A stretch of 64,000 bases of DNA from Leucoraja erinacea (taxonomy: Eukaryota), in assembly GCF_028641065.1 (NCBI RefSeq), contig NC_073396.1, forward strand, positions 19,902,001 to 19,966,000. The letters are read 5' to 3'. The first letter of the stretch is position 1, and the number at the start of each line of letters is the position of its first letter. The position numbers and the translations under genes were made by a program. A model generated the notes under the pieces. That model did no database searches. It was not told the DNA's origin and saw only the letters and a program-made list of their open reading frames with translations. Below are positions 13,666 to 24,410 of the stretch, piece by piece.

Positions 13666-14556
13666 TTTATACACCGTGCCGCTACCATACACATAGGGTT
13701 TAATGTAGAATTGCAGATAGAGACTTAAAGTGGAGAATCTGTCAAAAAACACAGCACAGTATCTGGTAATCAGGACAGCAGAGGCCTGCGCCATGTACCT
13801 CCAGGGGTGCTGGGGCGATGGCTGCCCTGCCGGAAGTCTGTTCGTCTTTTCACTCTTTTTTGTTATTTTTTAGTTTTGTTTTAATGTTCTTCGGTTTGTT
13901 TTACGTGGGTGAAAGGGGAGGAGATCGGGAGAAACTTTTTTTTCAGGTTCTTACCTTCCCGGAGGTGATCAATTTTCGGATCACATTCTCCGGGCTCTGC
14001 GGCCTTCCATCGATGGAGCTGGAAGCCTCCTCGGACTGTCGTGAGCCCCACCGTGGGGCGTGGACTTAACATCGGAGCTGATCCCTTGCCTGGGATCGCT
14101 CCCACCACAGCCACCGCAGCCACTGCGGACTTTACCATCAAGAGCTTGCAGCCTCGGGTGAGGCCAAGTCAGGGGCTCCAATGCCACAGAAGGTTCGTCC
14201 AGCCCCAACGCGAGGTTCGATCGCCCGGCGCGGGGGAGCTGACATCCCCCTGATGCAGGAGCAGATCGCCTCGATGCGGAGGGCCCGAACGCCGCCGGCT
14301 ACGGGAGTCAAGATCGTCCCGTCAACGGGGGCTCGAGGCCCACGACCGAGGAAGAACTAAGGGAAGGACTTGAACTTTATTTCACCTTCCTTCACAGTGA
14401 GGAATGTGTAGGAGTCACTGTGGTTTATGTTCATGTTAAAATGTGTTTTTGAAGTGATCTGTTACTTTTAATTGTATGACTGACCTGGCCAATGAAATTC
14501 CTCGTATGTTGCAAAACATACTTGCCGAATAAAGTGTGATTCTGAATCTGATTCTG
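13666..14556 (+). mobile_element. Non-autonomous GC-rich retroposon (copy B) with TCTGA-type tail
   Basis: TTGTGGCAG duplicated at 13657-13665 and 14557-14565; same architecture as copy A. Confidence 0.75.
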
Positions 14557-15177
14557 TTGTGGCAGCTCAGTGCAAAACTAACCGTGGTTAGTGACCTCAC
14601 CTTCCACATCGCCTTCCACCGTGTCCCACTTGGATAGGAAAGTAACATCAGCCAGGGGTTTCTGTATTGTCAGGCAGTGGACATAGTTTATTGGGAATTA
14701 GTTGACAATTATCTATCAATCTATCTATATATTACTAAAACTCTTATCTTGTTTGTTTCTATCTATCTATATATCTATCTATGCGCGCGTATCCACGTGA
14801 TCCAGGAACTACTGCAAAACAGTACATGATAACGTAAGATTTTTGCACCGCTTTACTCACTGTGGTGGTTTGTGTCAAGTTTAGTTAAGATTTATATTAT
14901 ATTTCATGTTATTAACATTTTTAGATTTACAAAATCCCAACTTGAGAAAAATTTCTTCCCTGTAGCTATGATGTCACAATGGGATTGTAGCCCTGCTCAC
15001 AACATCTTTGCTGTCCAAGTACACTGAGTCCTGCTAGCCCTAGCAAGTCCAAATGCATTTTTTAAAAGTCACAGTACACTGAGTTCTGCTGGCTGGCAAA
15101 TGCAATTGCATTTTTTTTTAAGTTTAAAAATGAGGGAGGGTGAATAAGACAAAATAAGCAGCCCCTGCACAGGTGGG

Positions 15178-15350
15178 GTCTATGGGTGAGTGGTGGAATA
15201 TTGTGTTGGGGGAACGGGTTGCGTTGGGGAAACGGGTTAGTGGTGGAATATTGCCTTGGGGAACGGGTTGTTTGAGGGACCAGGTCTCCCGTGGGGGCTA
15301 TGGGTGAGTGGTGTAATATTGCGTTGGGGGAACGTGTTGCATTGGGGGAC
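15178..15350 (+). repeat. Subterminal tandem repeat (about 60-bp period) in the Helitron unit
   Basis: gggtgagtggtggaatattg(t/c)gttgggggaacg occurs three times, with one more copy at 16840-16870. Confidence 0.8.
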
Positions 15351-15390
15351 TAGGCCTCTCGTGTAACAGGGACCCAACAAGTCCCACTTG

Positions 15391-16226
15391 ATTTCAAGAG
15401 TTCAAGAGAGTTCAGGAGGCATTTATTGTCACTTGCACCAATTGGCACAGTGAGATGTGAATTACCATACAGCCGTACGAATAAAAAGAACACAATACAG
15501 ATTCAGATTCAACTTTAATTGTCATTGTCAGTGTACAGTACAGAGACAACAAAGTGCAGTTAGCATCTCCCTGGAAGAGCGACATAGAATATGATTTCAA
15601 TAAATAAATCTACACGATAGAATCCAACGTGAACATCCCCACAACAGAATCAACGTTTCCCACTGTGAGGGAAGGCAAGTTCAGTCCTCTTCTTCTTTGT
15701 TCACCCGTGGTCGGGACCTTCAGGCCCTCTCACCGGGATGATCGGAGTTCCGGCTTCTGAACGGAGAACACTCTCAGCAGCTTAAGTCCACAGGCCGAGC
15801 TGGACGGAGCTCCAACACTGGCGATCCCCGGCGAGAGGTCCTAGGATGTTAAGTCAGAGCCGCTCGCGGCTGGAAGCTCCGCAGACCACAGCTCCACGGG
15901 GTTAGACAGCAGTCCCAGCGCTCCGGAGATCCGGCAATACACAGTAAGGCATCATCGTCCCGCTCCACGATGGAATCCAGTGCTGCGCCGCTGCTGAAGC
16001 TCTGGCTGGTCTCCAGACAGTTGGTAGGGAGGGGAGGCGAAGACGCGGCTCGGAGAATAGACGCATCCTCGACCATGTAGTGACTGAGAAAACAGTTTCC
16101 CCCAACCCCCACATAAAAAACCCTCCAGAAACATACTTTTAGAGACTAAAAATAACAAAAAGGGTGAAAGGACAGACAGCTGCTGGTGAGGCTGCCGCAT
16201 GCAGCGCCACCCGATGACGTACGACG
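15391..16226 (-). mobile_element. Non-autonomous GC-rich retroposon (copy C) inserted in the Helitron 3' terminus; itself contains a Rex1 3'-tail insertion (15500-15610)
   Basis: Splits cccacttg|gtctagt. 15500-15610 matches the 3' end of the 44.9-46.2 kb Rex1 copy and is flanked by TACA. Confidence 0.75.
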
Positions 16227-16264
16227 GTCTAGTGTATTTTATTAAAACTTTCATCTTGTCTGTC

Positions 16265-16266
<2 letters not shown>

Positions 16267-16344
<78 letters not shown>
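16267..16344. repeat. (TG)n microsatellite, about 39 units
   Basis: Directly visible. Confidence 0.98.
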
Positions 16345-16349
<5 letters not shown>

Positions 16350-16519
16350 CTGCCTACCTGTGTGTGCATGTGATCCAGGAGTGGAACCGGGGGCAAGGAT
16401 GGGGTTGGAGCCCGCGCGGAGAGAGAGAAGATCAGCACCCCCCCCCCCCCCACCCCCCTCCCGTCGCCGACATGGTGGAGAAAAACAGTGCCGGCAGTGG
16501 TTTACATCAAAATCCTGGG

Positions 16520-16772
16520 GAGGTAAGGTGGGAGACTGGGAGGATTGAGGGAGAAGAGGGGGTAGGGAGGGGAATGTGGGGGAGGTGAGGAGGGAGAGTG
16601 GGGGGGTGGGATAGGAGGGAGGTGTGAAGTGGGGAGGAATGAGATAGCAGGAGAGGAGGGGTTTTGGAGGGAGTGAGTGAGGGTAGGGGAAAGGCAGAGG
16701 AGGGAGAGGTGAGGGAAGGAGTGGGGGAGGGGAGGAGGAGAGGGGAGAAAAGAGGGAGGGTGAAGAGGAGGA
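16520..16772 (+). repeat. G/A-rich purine tract (G-quadruplex / H-DNA potential)
   Basis: About 250 nt of almost only G and A with many GGG runs. Confidence 0.8.
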
Positions 16773-19210
16773 GCGTCACAATGGGGATTTCTGACATCAC
16801 AACAGGAACCCGTCAGCCACGCCTGCGCAGTTGGGGGCTATGAGTGAGTGGTGGAATATTGCGTTTGGAGACCAGCCCTCCCTTGTGACAGGGACCCAAC
16901 GGGTCCCACTTGGTCTAGTATAAAATTAAAAGTCTTATCTTGTATGTATGTATGTTCCTGAAATACAGCCAAAACGGTACACGATAGCGCAACAATTTTA
17001 GGGGTGCCTTACTCACATTCGCCTGCGGTGTGCAGTAGCAAGTTTTGTTCGTTTTATCAAAGTAATTCCCTTTATGAACTCTTTAATTAACTTTCTACCC
17101 ACTGGGCCTTGTGCAGTGCTCTCCTGGCCTGTTAGCCACACCTGCACAGCGGTATCCGTGCGTGCGCAGTTGAGGGAGGGTTGCCGGGCCCACCGACATA
17201 CTCAGATCGCCATTTTGACTGGCATCACAACAGGGATCTCTGGTCTCACAGTGGGTCCACGGGTAGTCTCTATAAACTTTAATTAACTTAATTAACAGAT
17301 GACCCAGCCATCTTCCCATTTCTGTCAGTAAGAACCATCTGTGAGGAAATTGGTAATCACATTTTCTAAATTAACCCCACTTCAAAAGTATCTAATTTCA
17401 GTAAAGAACTCTCTGAAAGGAATGTTAAAAGAACTATAAGAATGCAAAGAGAGCAAGACTCAAGGAACTGCAGACACTAGAATGTTGGCAAAACACCCAG
17501 TGCTGGAGAAGCTCAGTGGGTCAAGCAGCATCTGTGATGGGAATGGATGCTGTGTCTTGTGGTAATGCTTTGCTCTGGAACCCTACTTCAGGTCACTCAA
17601 TGTGAACACAAAGCTTCCTTCTGTGAGTCAACCTCAGGGAAAAAATTGAGAAGAAAATGTCACTGTTTTGCAATGCACCTCCCTGATTTTCAAGGCAAAA
17701 CCTGCATGTCAGTTTATTTTGCTAATTAGAGCAATCTTGGATGTTCTGTTATTTGAATGGCATTGGTGGGCATGCGTGTCAGTGCAAACTTCCCTCTCTC
17801 CTCTGACACCTCTTCTCCTGCCTGAGCTGCAAACTGCAGTGATTGGGGGTGGAGTGTAGGAGTGGGGGTGAAATTGACAAGAGCTGGGAGTCGTGCTTCG
17901 GCCCCCACTGTACCGATGGCAGACATCCACGGATTAAACATCACCAGCTTGAGTATTTGCTAATGTACAGGGAAAGGGTTGACTCCCCCTCGACAAGCAG
18001 CACCTGCCACTGCTGTTAAAACAGCAGATGTATTTGCCGAGGGCAGAGCTGGAGGGGATTAGCACCACGTAAATAGCAGTGGATGCCGTTATTCATCGTA
18101 CCCATGACACAGGATTGCTTCTCCTCTCTGGCATCGCAGGACCAATCATTAGCTGCCACAAGCAAGAGAAAAGACCCATGTGACCTGCTGCTGGCATCCT
18201 CCCTCCCACCCCCACTAATCCCCTCAGCAGACAGGCCAGCAAAAAGACACCATCATTCCTTTTATTTCCTTTGCTTTTCTGTACATTACCCACCCACCAA
18301 ACCCATCTAACATTAAGCTGTGCCACAGATATACCTTGATGTTTAAATTATCTCAATCCTCCACATCCCCAAGTTCTTCAGACCTCCGATATCCTCACAT
18401 TTCTCAGCCGCAGACTCATGCCATCCAGAATTTAATCACCTTGCCAGCTTTCATTTGCAAAGGCCTTGAGTTTTGCACTTTCTTCCCTAAACCTCACCAC
18501 CTGTCATCTGTGATACAGATTCAAAACCTTCCCGTACCATTTACATAAATTCCGTTTATGAATTTTCACTATAACATTATTGATATTTTAGGTGCATGTA
18601 GTGGAAAATAGATTTACAAATAGCATGCCACTGCCTGCTAACTGGAAATGTCATCCGTAATACATTTTGCTCAGTCACTTTAATTTAAATCAAATTCTTT
18701 GTGTCCTTTTTACATCTCAAGTAATAGCTGTTCCGCAATTTGTCAAATTCAATAAAAGCATCATTGGATGTTTTGCCGCAGTAATGCACTATATTAAGGT
18801 ACTGTCATGCAGGTTTCGGGTCTGTAGATGGGTCCCGACCCGAAACCTCACCTATCCATGTTCTCTAGAGATGTTGCCTGACCCACGGAGTTATTCCAGT
18901 ACTTTGTGTCCTTTTGGGTAAACCGGCATCGGCAGTTCCTTGTTTCTCCACCTTTTATATTTACTGTATAAAGTCTAAATGTTATCGTTGCCTTTAATTT
19001 GACAGTTCTATTTGCAATTTCTCTATTCCATTTAATGGAGGAATTCACTGGGTTTAATCTAGAACAAATGATATCTGGAAACAAGTTGAGTAGTGGGATC
19101 TATCCAAAATAAAACAAGTAATATTAGAAATAAAGATCTCACACGCATTTAGATTCACACTCGTGTAATCAGACACAAAAATATCATTAAAATAAAAACA
19201 AAGTACAAAT

Positions 19211-19216
19211 TTTATT
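19211..19216 (-). terminator. Candidate TFAP4 polyadenylation signal AATAAA
   Basis: AATAAA on the minus strand about 530 nt past the stop, followed by a U/GU-rich tract (ttgtactttgtttttattttaatg...tttttgtgtctg). Confidence 0.55.
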
Positions 19217-19744
19217 TCTCTCTTTGCATGGCAGGTGCCTTTTTTTCCACTTTCTTTAACAAAATATAATAGTTTTTCCATGAACACAAACCTCGTCTCA
19301 ACTTATAACTCAAATACAGATACAGGAAGAGATGGGAGGAACTAACAAAACAAACTACATGAAAGGACACTGCTTAAAAAAAAGAACTACATCAGTACAA
19401 TAAAGGGGGGTGATTACTGAAGTGGTTGCAGTCACACCGAGGACATCCCCTCAGTGGACTGAACAAATTGGTAAGTGCTTGAAATTCCACCCCCCTCCCC
19501 CAGAACAAAAGGTTGCTAAAATGTCCTTCAGCAACTCTTCAGCTATGGATTCCAAGGTAGTCATGAGAAAGGATGTTGAGATCCCCTCTGGTATGGTCCA
19601 GATTTCAATAGCCAATCACTCCCGGCTATTACTGTTTACAGTATTGGGAAAGTCCAAAAGATACTCCAACTGTTTAATTCCTTTTTCTGAGAATAACACA
19701 GGGAATGCCACCTGGATCGATCCCAGTGTGGTGCAGCTCCAGTG

Positions 19745-19921
19745 TCACGGGAGCACCCTCTCCACGGGCCCCTTCTCCTTGCCCAGCTTTCCATTTTCTG
19801 TTGCCTCATTCTCCTCCCTATCTGACTCAGTATCAGACCAAGCTCGGCTGGGCTGGACAATCACTACTCGTCGCTGCTCCTCTTCTGGCCTTTCCTGAGT
19901 TCCCTCAATGTGCTGGATCGC
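19745..19921 (-). CDS. TFAP4: TFAP4 exon 7, coding part to stop
   Basis: Acceptor ggcAG; AIQHIEGTQERPEEEQRRVVIVQPSRAWSDTESDREENEATENGKLGKEKGPVERVLP then TGA at 19747-19745. This frame is not in the ORF track. Confidence 0.93.
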   Translation of the reverse strand, partial: AIQHIEGTQERPEEEQRRVVIVQPSRAWSDTESDREENEATENGKLGKEKGPVERVLP

Positions 19922-22900
19922 CTGCCATTTTAAAGAAACCCATCATTAGTCAAATGAAGAAAGAAATCCTACAACAGTCCATGGTGGTGGTAATTTACTT
20001 GCAAGATCTCAGGCTGATCCAAGTCCTACTTTGGGTGCTTTTTCTCCCTTGGCCGGCGACAGCAACAAACAGGTAGATTGTCTCTGCAGAGACATGGGTG
20101 AAGGGCAGGAAGGGCCAACAACACAATGTAGCATAGTGTAGAATCTTGAGGCACATCAGGGGTAATGTTTAAAGGTTTCAAGGTCAGTTTATTGTCACAT
20201 GTACCAATTATGGTGCAGTGAAATTTGAGTTACAGAGAAGATGGCAATGCAGTGCCAATTAAGGTCGGCATCACATGATGTACCGGAACACTTCAAATAA
20301 AGCTATATGGATACACGTTCGGAACAAAAAGTAGATGACTTTGTTGAGGATACACTTCAGGCCTGGCGTGTCCCCATTAGTGTGAAAGGCAAGGACAATA
20401 AGTTCCAGGAACCTATGACAAAGTTCCTGACAAGTATAGGGAGTTGAAAATTGGGAAGCCCTTCAGGATTACAGAAATGGGGGATACTCAAAGACATTAT
20501 GAAATACTACTTTTGTTTTCTGTCCTCTAATCAATCCTATGTTCATTCAAAATAATATCCCCAACCATGGAGCCATTTTTTAGTAATAATCTTGTGTGCG
20601 ATAGTTTAACACACCCCTTTTGAAAATGAAGATAAACATTTGCTGATCCCAAAAGTCAGTCTGTCCGTTCTTTTTGTTATATTAAGTATGTGTTAAAAGT
20701 GTGTTTTAGTGTTCCTTGGTTTGTTTTATGTGGGGGTTGGTTGGGGGGGGGGGGGGGGGGGGGGGGGGGGATTGGGGGAAACTTTTTTTCAATCTCTTAC
20801 CACTACAGAGATGCAATCCGTATCGTATCTCCGTCCCCACTGCGGCCTAACATTGTGGAGTTGGCGGCCTTTCCTGGAGACCAACCCGGTGCTCCAAGCC
20901 ACAGGACTTTAACATTGCGGAGCTTGCGTTCCCATTGCTGGGGATCGAAGTTTCAACGCGGGGCCCGTGGACTTTAACATTGTGAAGCCCGCGGTCTCTG
21001 GAAAGAGGAGGCCGAATCGGGAGCTCCATGCCGCGGAGAGAGTTTCAACCGTCCCGACACGGGAGTTTCGATCACCCCGACGGGGGCTTCGGTCGTCGGT
21101 TGCAGGGGCTTTGATCGCCCCGACGGCGGATGGTTTGACTGCCCCGACCGTGGAAGAAGAAGACCAAGAATATTGAACTTTATTACCTTCCATCACAGTG
21201 AGGAATGCGGAATCCACTGTGATGGATGTTTATGTTAACTTTTATGTGGTTGTGGGTCTTGTTGCTTTTCACTTAGTATGGCTGTATGGGTAACTTAAAT
21301 TTCACTGTACCTTAATTAACAATAAACTTGATCTACCCACATGCTGATCAAACACTATTTCCTTTCATATCAGCAGAAAAACTATTGAATCATTTTCTAA
21401 ATGTCCTGTTACCATATCCTTAATAATAGATGCCAGTACATCCTCTAAAATGTTTAGCAAAAGTTCCTTATTCTCCCTGTCCCAGCTAATAGCTGCAATT
21501 TTCTCAACAGCCTTATTAGATCTGCATCCTCCCTATCTGCTAGATCCACTCCATGCACAAGTGGACTGTGGAAGATCAGCACTAATAACTCTGCTAATTT
21601 TGCATTTGTTTCTTCAAGAAACCTAGAATATAGACCAGCATGTCCAACGGACCTGTCAGTTTTTAACCCCCTTAACCCCCCTTCAATGTTGGTAGATCCT
21701 TGGTGTCCCAGCATTTCCAGCACAGTCCCTACATTTTCTACGACATGGCAAGTACTGATATTTTTTCAAATAACTTGATCAAAATCTATCCTCCCCATTT
21801 TTAATTCTCCTGCCTCTGAACACTCACAATTATTTCTATTTGCAAAGTTACAGAATCTTATTTTATATTTCTTGCTAGTTAACTCTAATATTCTGCCTTT
21901 CTCCTCTACAATCAATTTGGGGTCACCTGTTGCTGAGCCCTGTAACTGGTAGTGCTTTCCTTCCCCCTGGTCAGTCACGGGAGCAGGGCAGCAGCCTCAC
22001 CTGCACAATGGTGTCGAGGTTCTGTCTTGACGTAGTGGAGGAGCTGTTGATGACTGAGGAAGGTCCCATCGTCACCACAGTGACTTGGTGCGAAGGCAGC
22101 GGAGGTGGAGTCTGCACTATAACAGTGGGGTGGTGGGTTGGTGCTGGGATGATGTGTGCCGGCAGCAGCTGAAAGACAATGAGGGGAAAAGTAGTTTGCA
22201 AAACGTTAACTGAGAGTTGCTCACTCAACTTTAGCAGAGGCACAAAACAGAATGTAGAATTGTCCCTTGTGTGTAGGATAGTGCTAGCATATGGGGATCG
22301 CTGGTCAGTGTGGACTCCGTGGGCTGAAGGGCCCGTTTCCATGCTACATCTCTAAATTAAACAGCACATGAAACATAGAAAATAGGTGCAGGAGTAGGCC
22401 ATTCGACCCTTCGAGACTGCACCGCCATTCAATATGATCATGGCTGATCATCCAACTCAGTATCCTGTACATGCCTTCTCTCCATACCCCCTGATCCCTT
22501 TAGCCACAAGGGCCACATCTAACTCCCTCTTAAATAGCCAATGAACTGGCCTAAACTACCTTCTGTGGCAGAGAGTTCCAGAGATTCACCACTCTCTGTG
22601 TGAAAAATGTTTTTCTCAGGCCTTTTAGCCCACAATATCCATGCTGAACATGATTCCAAGGTAAACTAATCGTATCTGCCTACATGTGATCCATATCCCT
22701 TCATTTCCTGCATATCAATGTGCCTATCTAAAAGCCTCTTAAATGCCACTTAAATTATTGAAGCCCATTCTTAGGCAGTGAAGACCAATCTGAGCATATA
22801 CTGTAGCTCTCTAATGCAGCCACCATCCTGTTTGTTAATGAATTAATACTGCTGTTTGCTCAGTTAGATTCTGTACTGGAGACAGAAGGAGCTGCGGATG

Positions 22901-24378
22901 CTGGAATCTTCAGTAAAGCACAAAGTGCTGGAGTAACTTAGTGGGTCAGACAGCATTACTGGAGGTTATGGATAGAAGATGTTCAGGTCAGAACCCTTCT
23001 TCAGAAGAAAGGTTCCGCCCAATATGTTGCCCATCCATGTCCTGCACAGATGCTGCTTGACTTGCTGAGATACTCTAGCACTGTGTTCTGCTTAGGTTCT
23101 GTAGTGACGCTCAACATTCTTTGGATTTGGTCTTCACACTGAAACATGAACTCTATTTCTCTTTCCACAGATGCTGCCTGACCTATTGAGTGTTTTCCAT
23201 TATGAGCAAAAAACAACCTGTTGGAGGAACTCAGTAGGTCAGACAGCATCTGTGGAGGGAATGGACAGACTGAAGACAGGTCCAATTAGAAACACCGTCT
23301 GTCCATTTCTCACCCCCCAGATGCTGCCTGACCTGCTGGGTTCCTCTAACGGTAAGATTCCAGCATATGTAGGCTCTTGTGTCTCTATAGATAAGTACTA
23401 TTTTTATTTAGAATCGTCAACCTATTTATGCCTTGCATTTATCCTATTTTTCTGGTGGCTGATATTTACAAGGTCTAATTTTGGACTCTTCACTTGGAAG
23501 CATCCTCTAAATTAACATTTTTTGGCACAGATCAAATACCAAATTTCCACTCCAGAGCTCCTCCTGGTTTTGGACTAATCGAAGTACCACGGTCACCCAC
23601 GGCTCAGCTCGGGACCCGTGTGGAGATGAGAGGTACGTTGGCCCTAGTTGCAGCTCTGCATGCTACAGAGGGAAGCAGTGTGTCGGGGGCCGAGGGCTGA
23701 CCTGTGTCATGTGTCGGGGTTCAAGGTCCTGCAGCTCGCCCTGCTGAAGCACCTTGGACTGTTCCAGGTGCTGCTGTTGCAGCTGTACGTGTTGCGCGAT
23801 AGCCTTTAGCTTCTCGGGGTAACCGTGGGCCTCCAGCGAGCGAACCTGCTGACAGATAGACCTCATCAGTCTTGTGGGGGCAGCACACCACAGGAGGGAT
23901 TCCCCACATGTTAACGTAAAGAGGTTGAAGCCTGCTGCCCAATCAATGTCCACGCTTCATTGGTATTGGTTTATTATTGTCATGGTTTATTATTGTCACG
24001 TACCAAACTGGATGCTATCCAGGCAGATCATTCACGTGTACATCAGGTAGTGCAAAAGAGAAAATAAACAGAGAAAGTGCAGAAAGTGCAAGGGTCACAA
24101 CAAGGTAGAGTGGGAGATCAGGAATTTGTCCCCACGAGCGTATGAAAGGTCCATTCAGTAGCAGTGGGGAAGGAACTGTTCTTGAATTACATATTAGTTT
24201 ATTATTATCATTTGAATCGAGATACTGCAAAAAACATATCTGGTGGTATGTGCTTCTAAGCTTCAGTACATTCTGCCCGATGGGTGAGGGAAGAAGAGAG
24301 ATGGCTGGAGTGCGAGTTGTCCTTGATTATATTGGCTGCTTTCCCAAGGCAGCATAATGTGTAATGTGTAAATTAAGT

Positions 24379-24410
<32 letters not shown>

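Larger units (their letters stand above)
14720..17270 (+). mobile_element. Tandem array of 2-3 non-autonomous Helitron-like elements
   Basis: 5' TCTATCTATATATTACTAAAACTCTTATCTTG, with similar heads at about 16235 and 16920, each followed by a microsatellite; 3' hairpin GGGACCC-AAC-GGGTCCC then CTAG|T at 16891-16918; first unit ends CTAG at 16229-16232. Confidence 0.75.

Noticed and set aside
15178-15350. Regularly spaced direct repeats suggesting a CRISPR array
   Set aside because: Eukaryotic context, no unique spacers and no cas genes; it is a subterminal minisatellite of the Helitron-like element.
16199-16800. ORFs with VCVC/HTHT and Pro/Ser-rich runs
   Set aside because: Translations of the (TG)n microsatellite and the purine tract.
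19410-20076. 162-aa and 123-aa plus-strand ORFs
   Set aside because: Antisense shadows of TFAP4 exon 7 and its 3' UTR.
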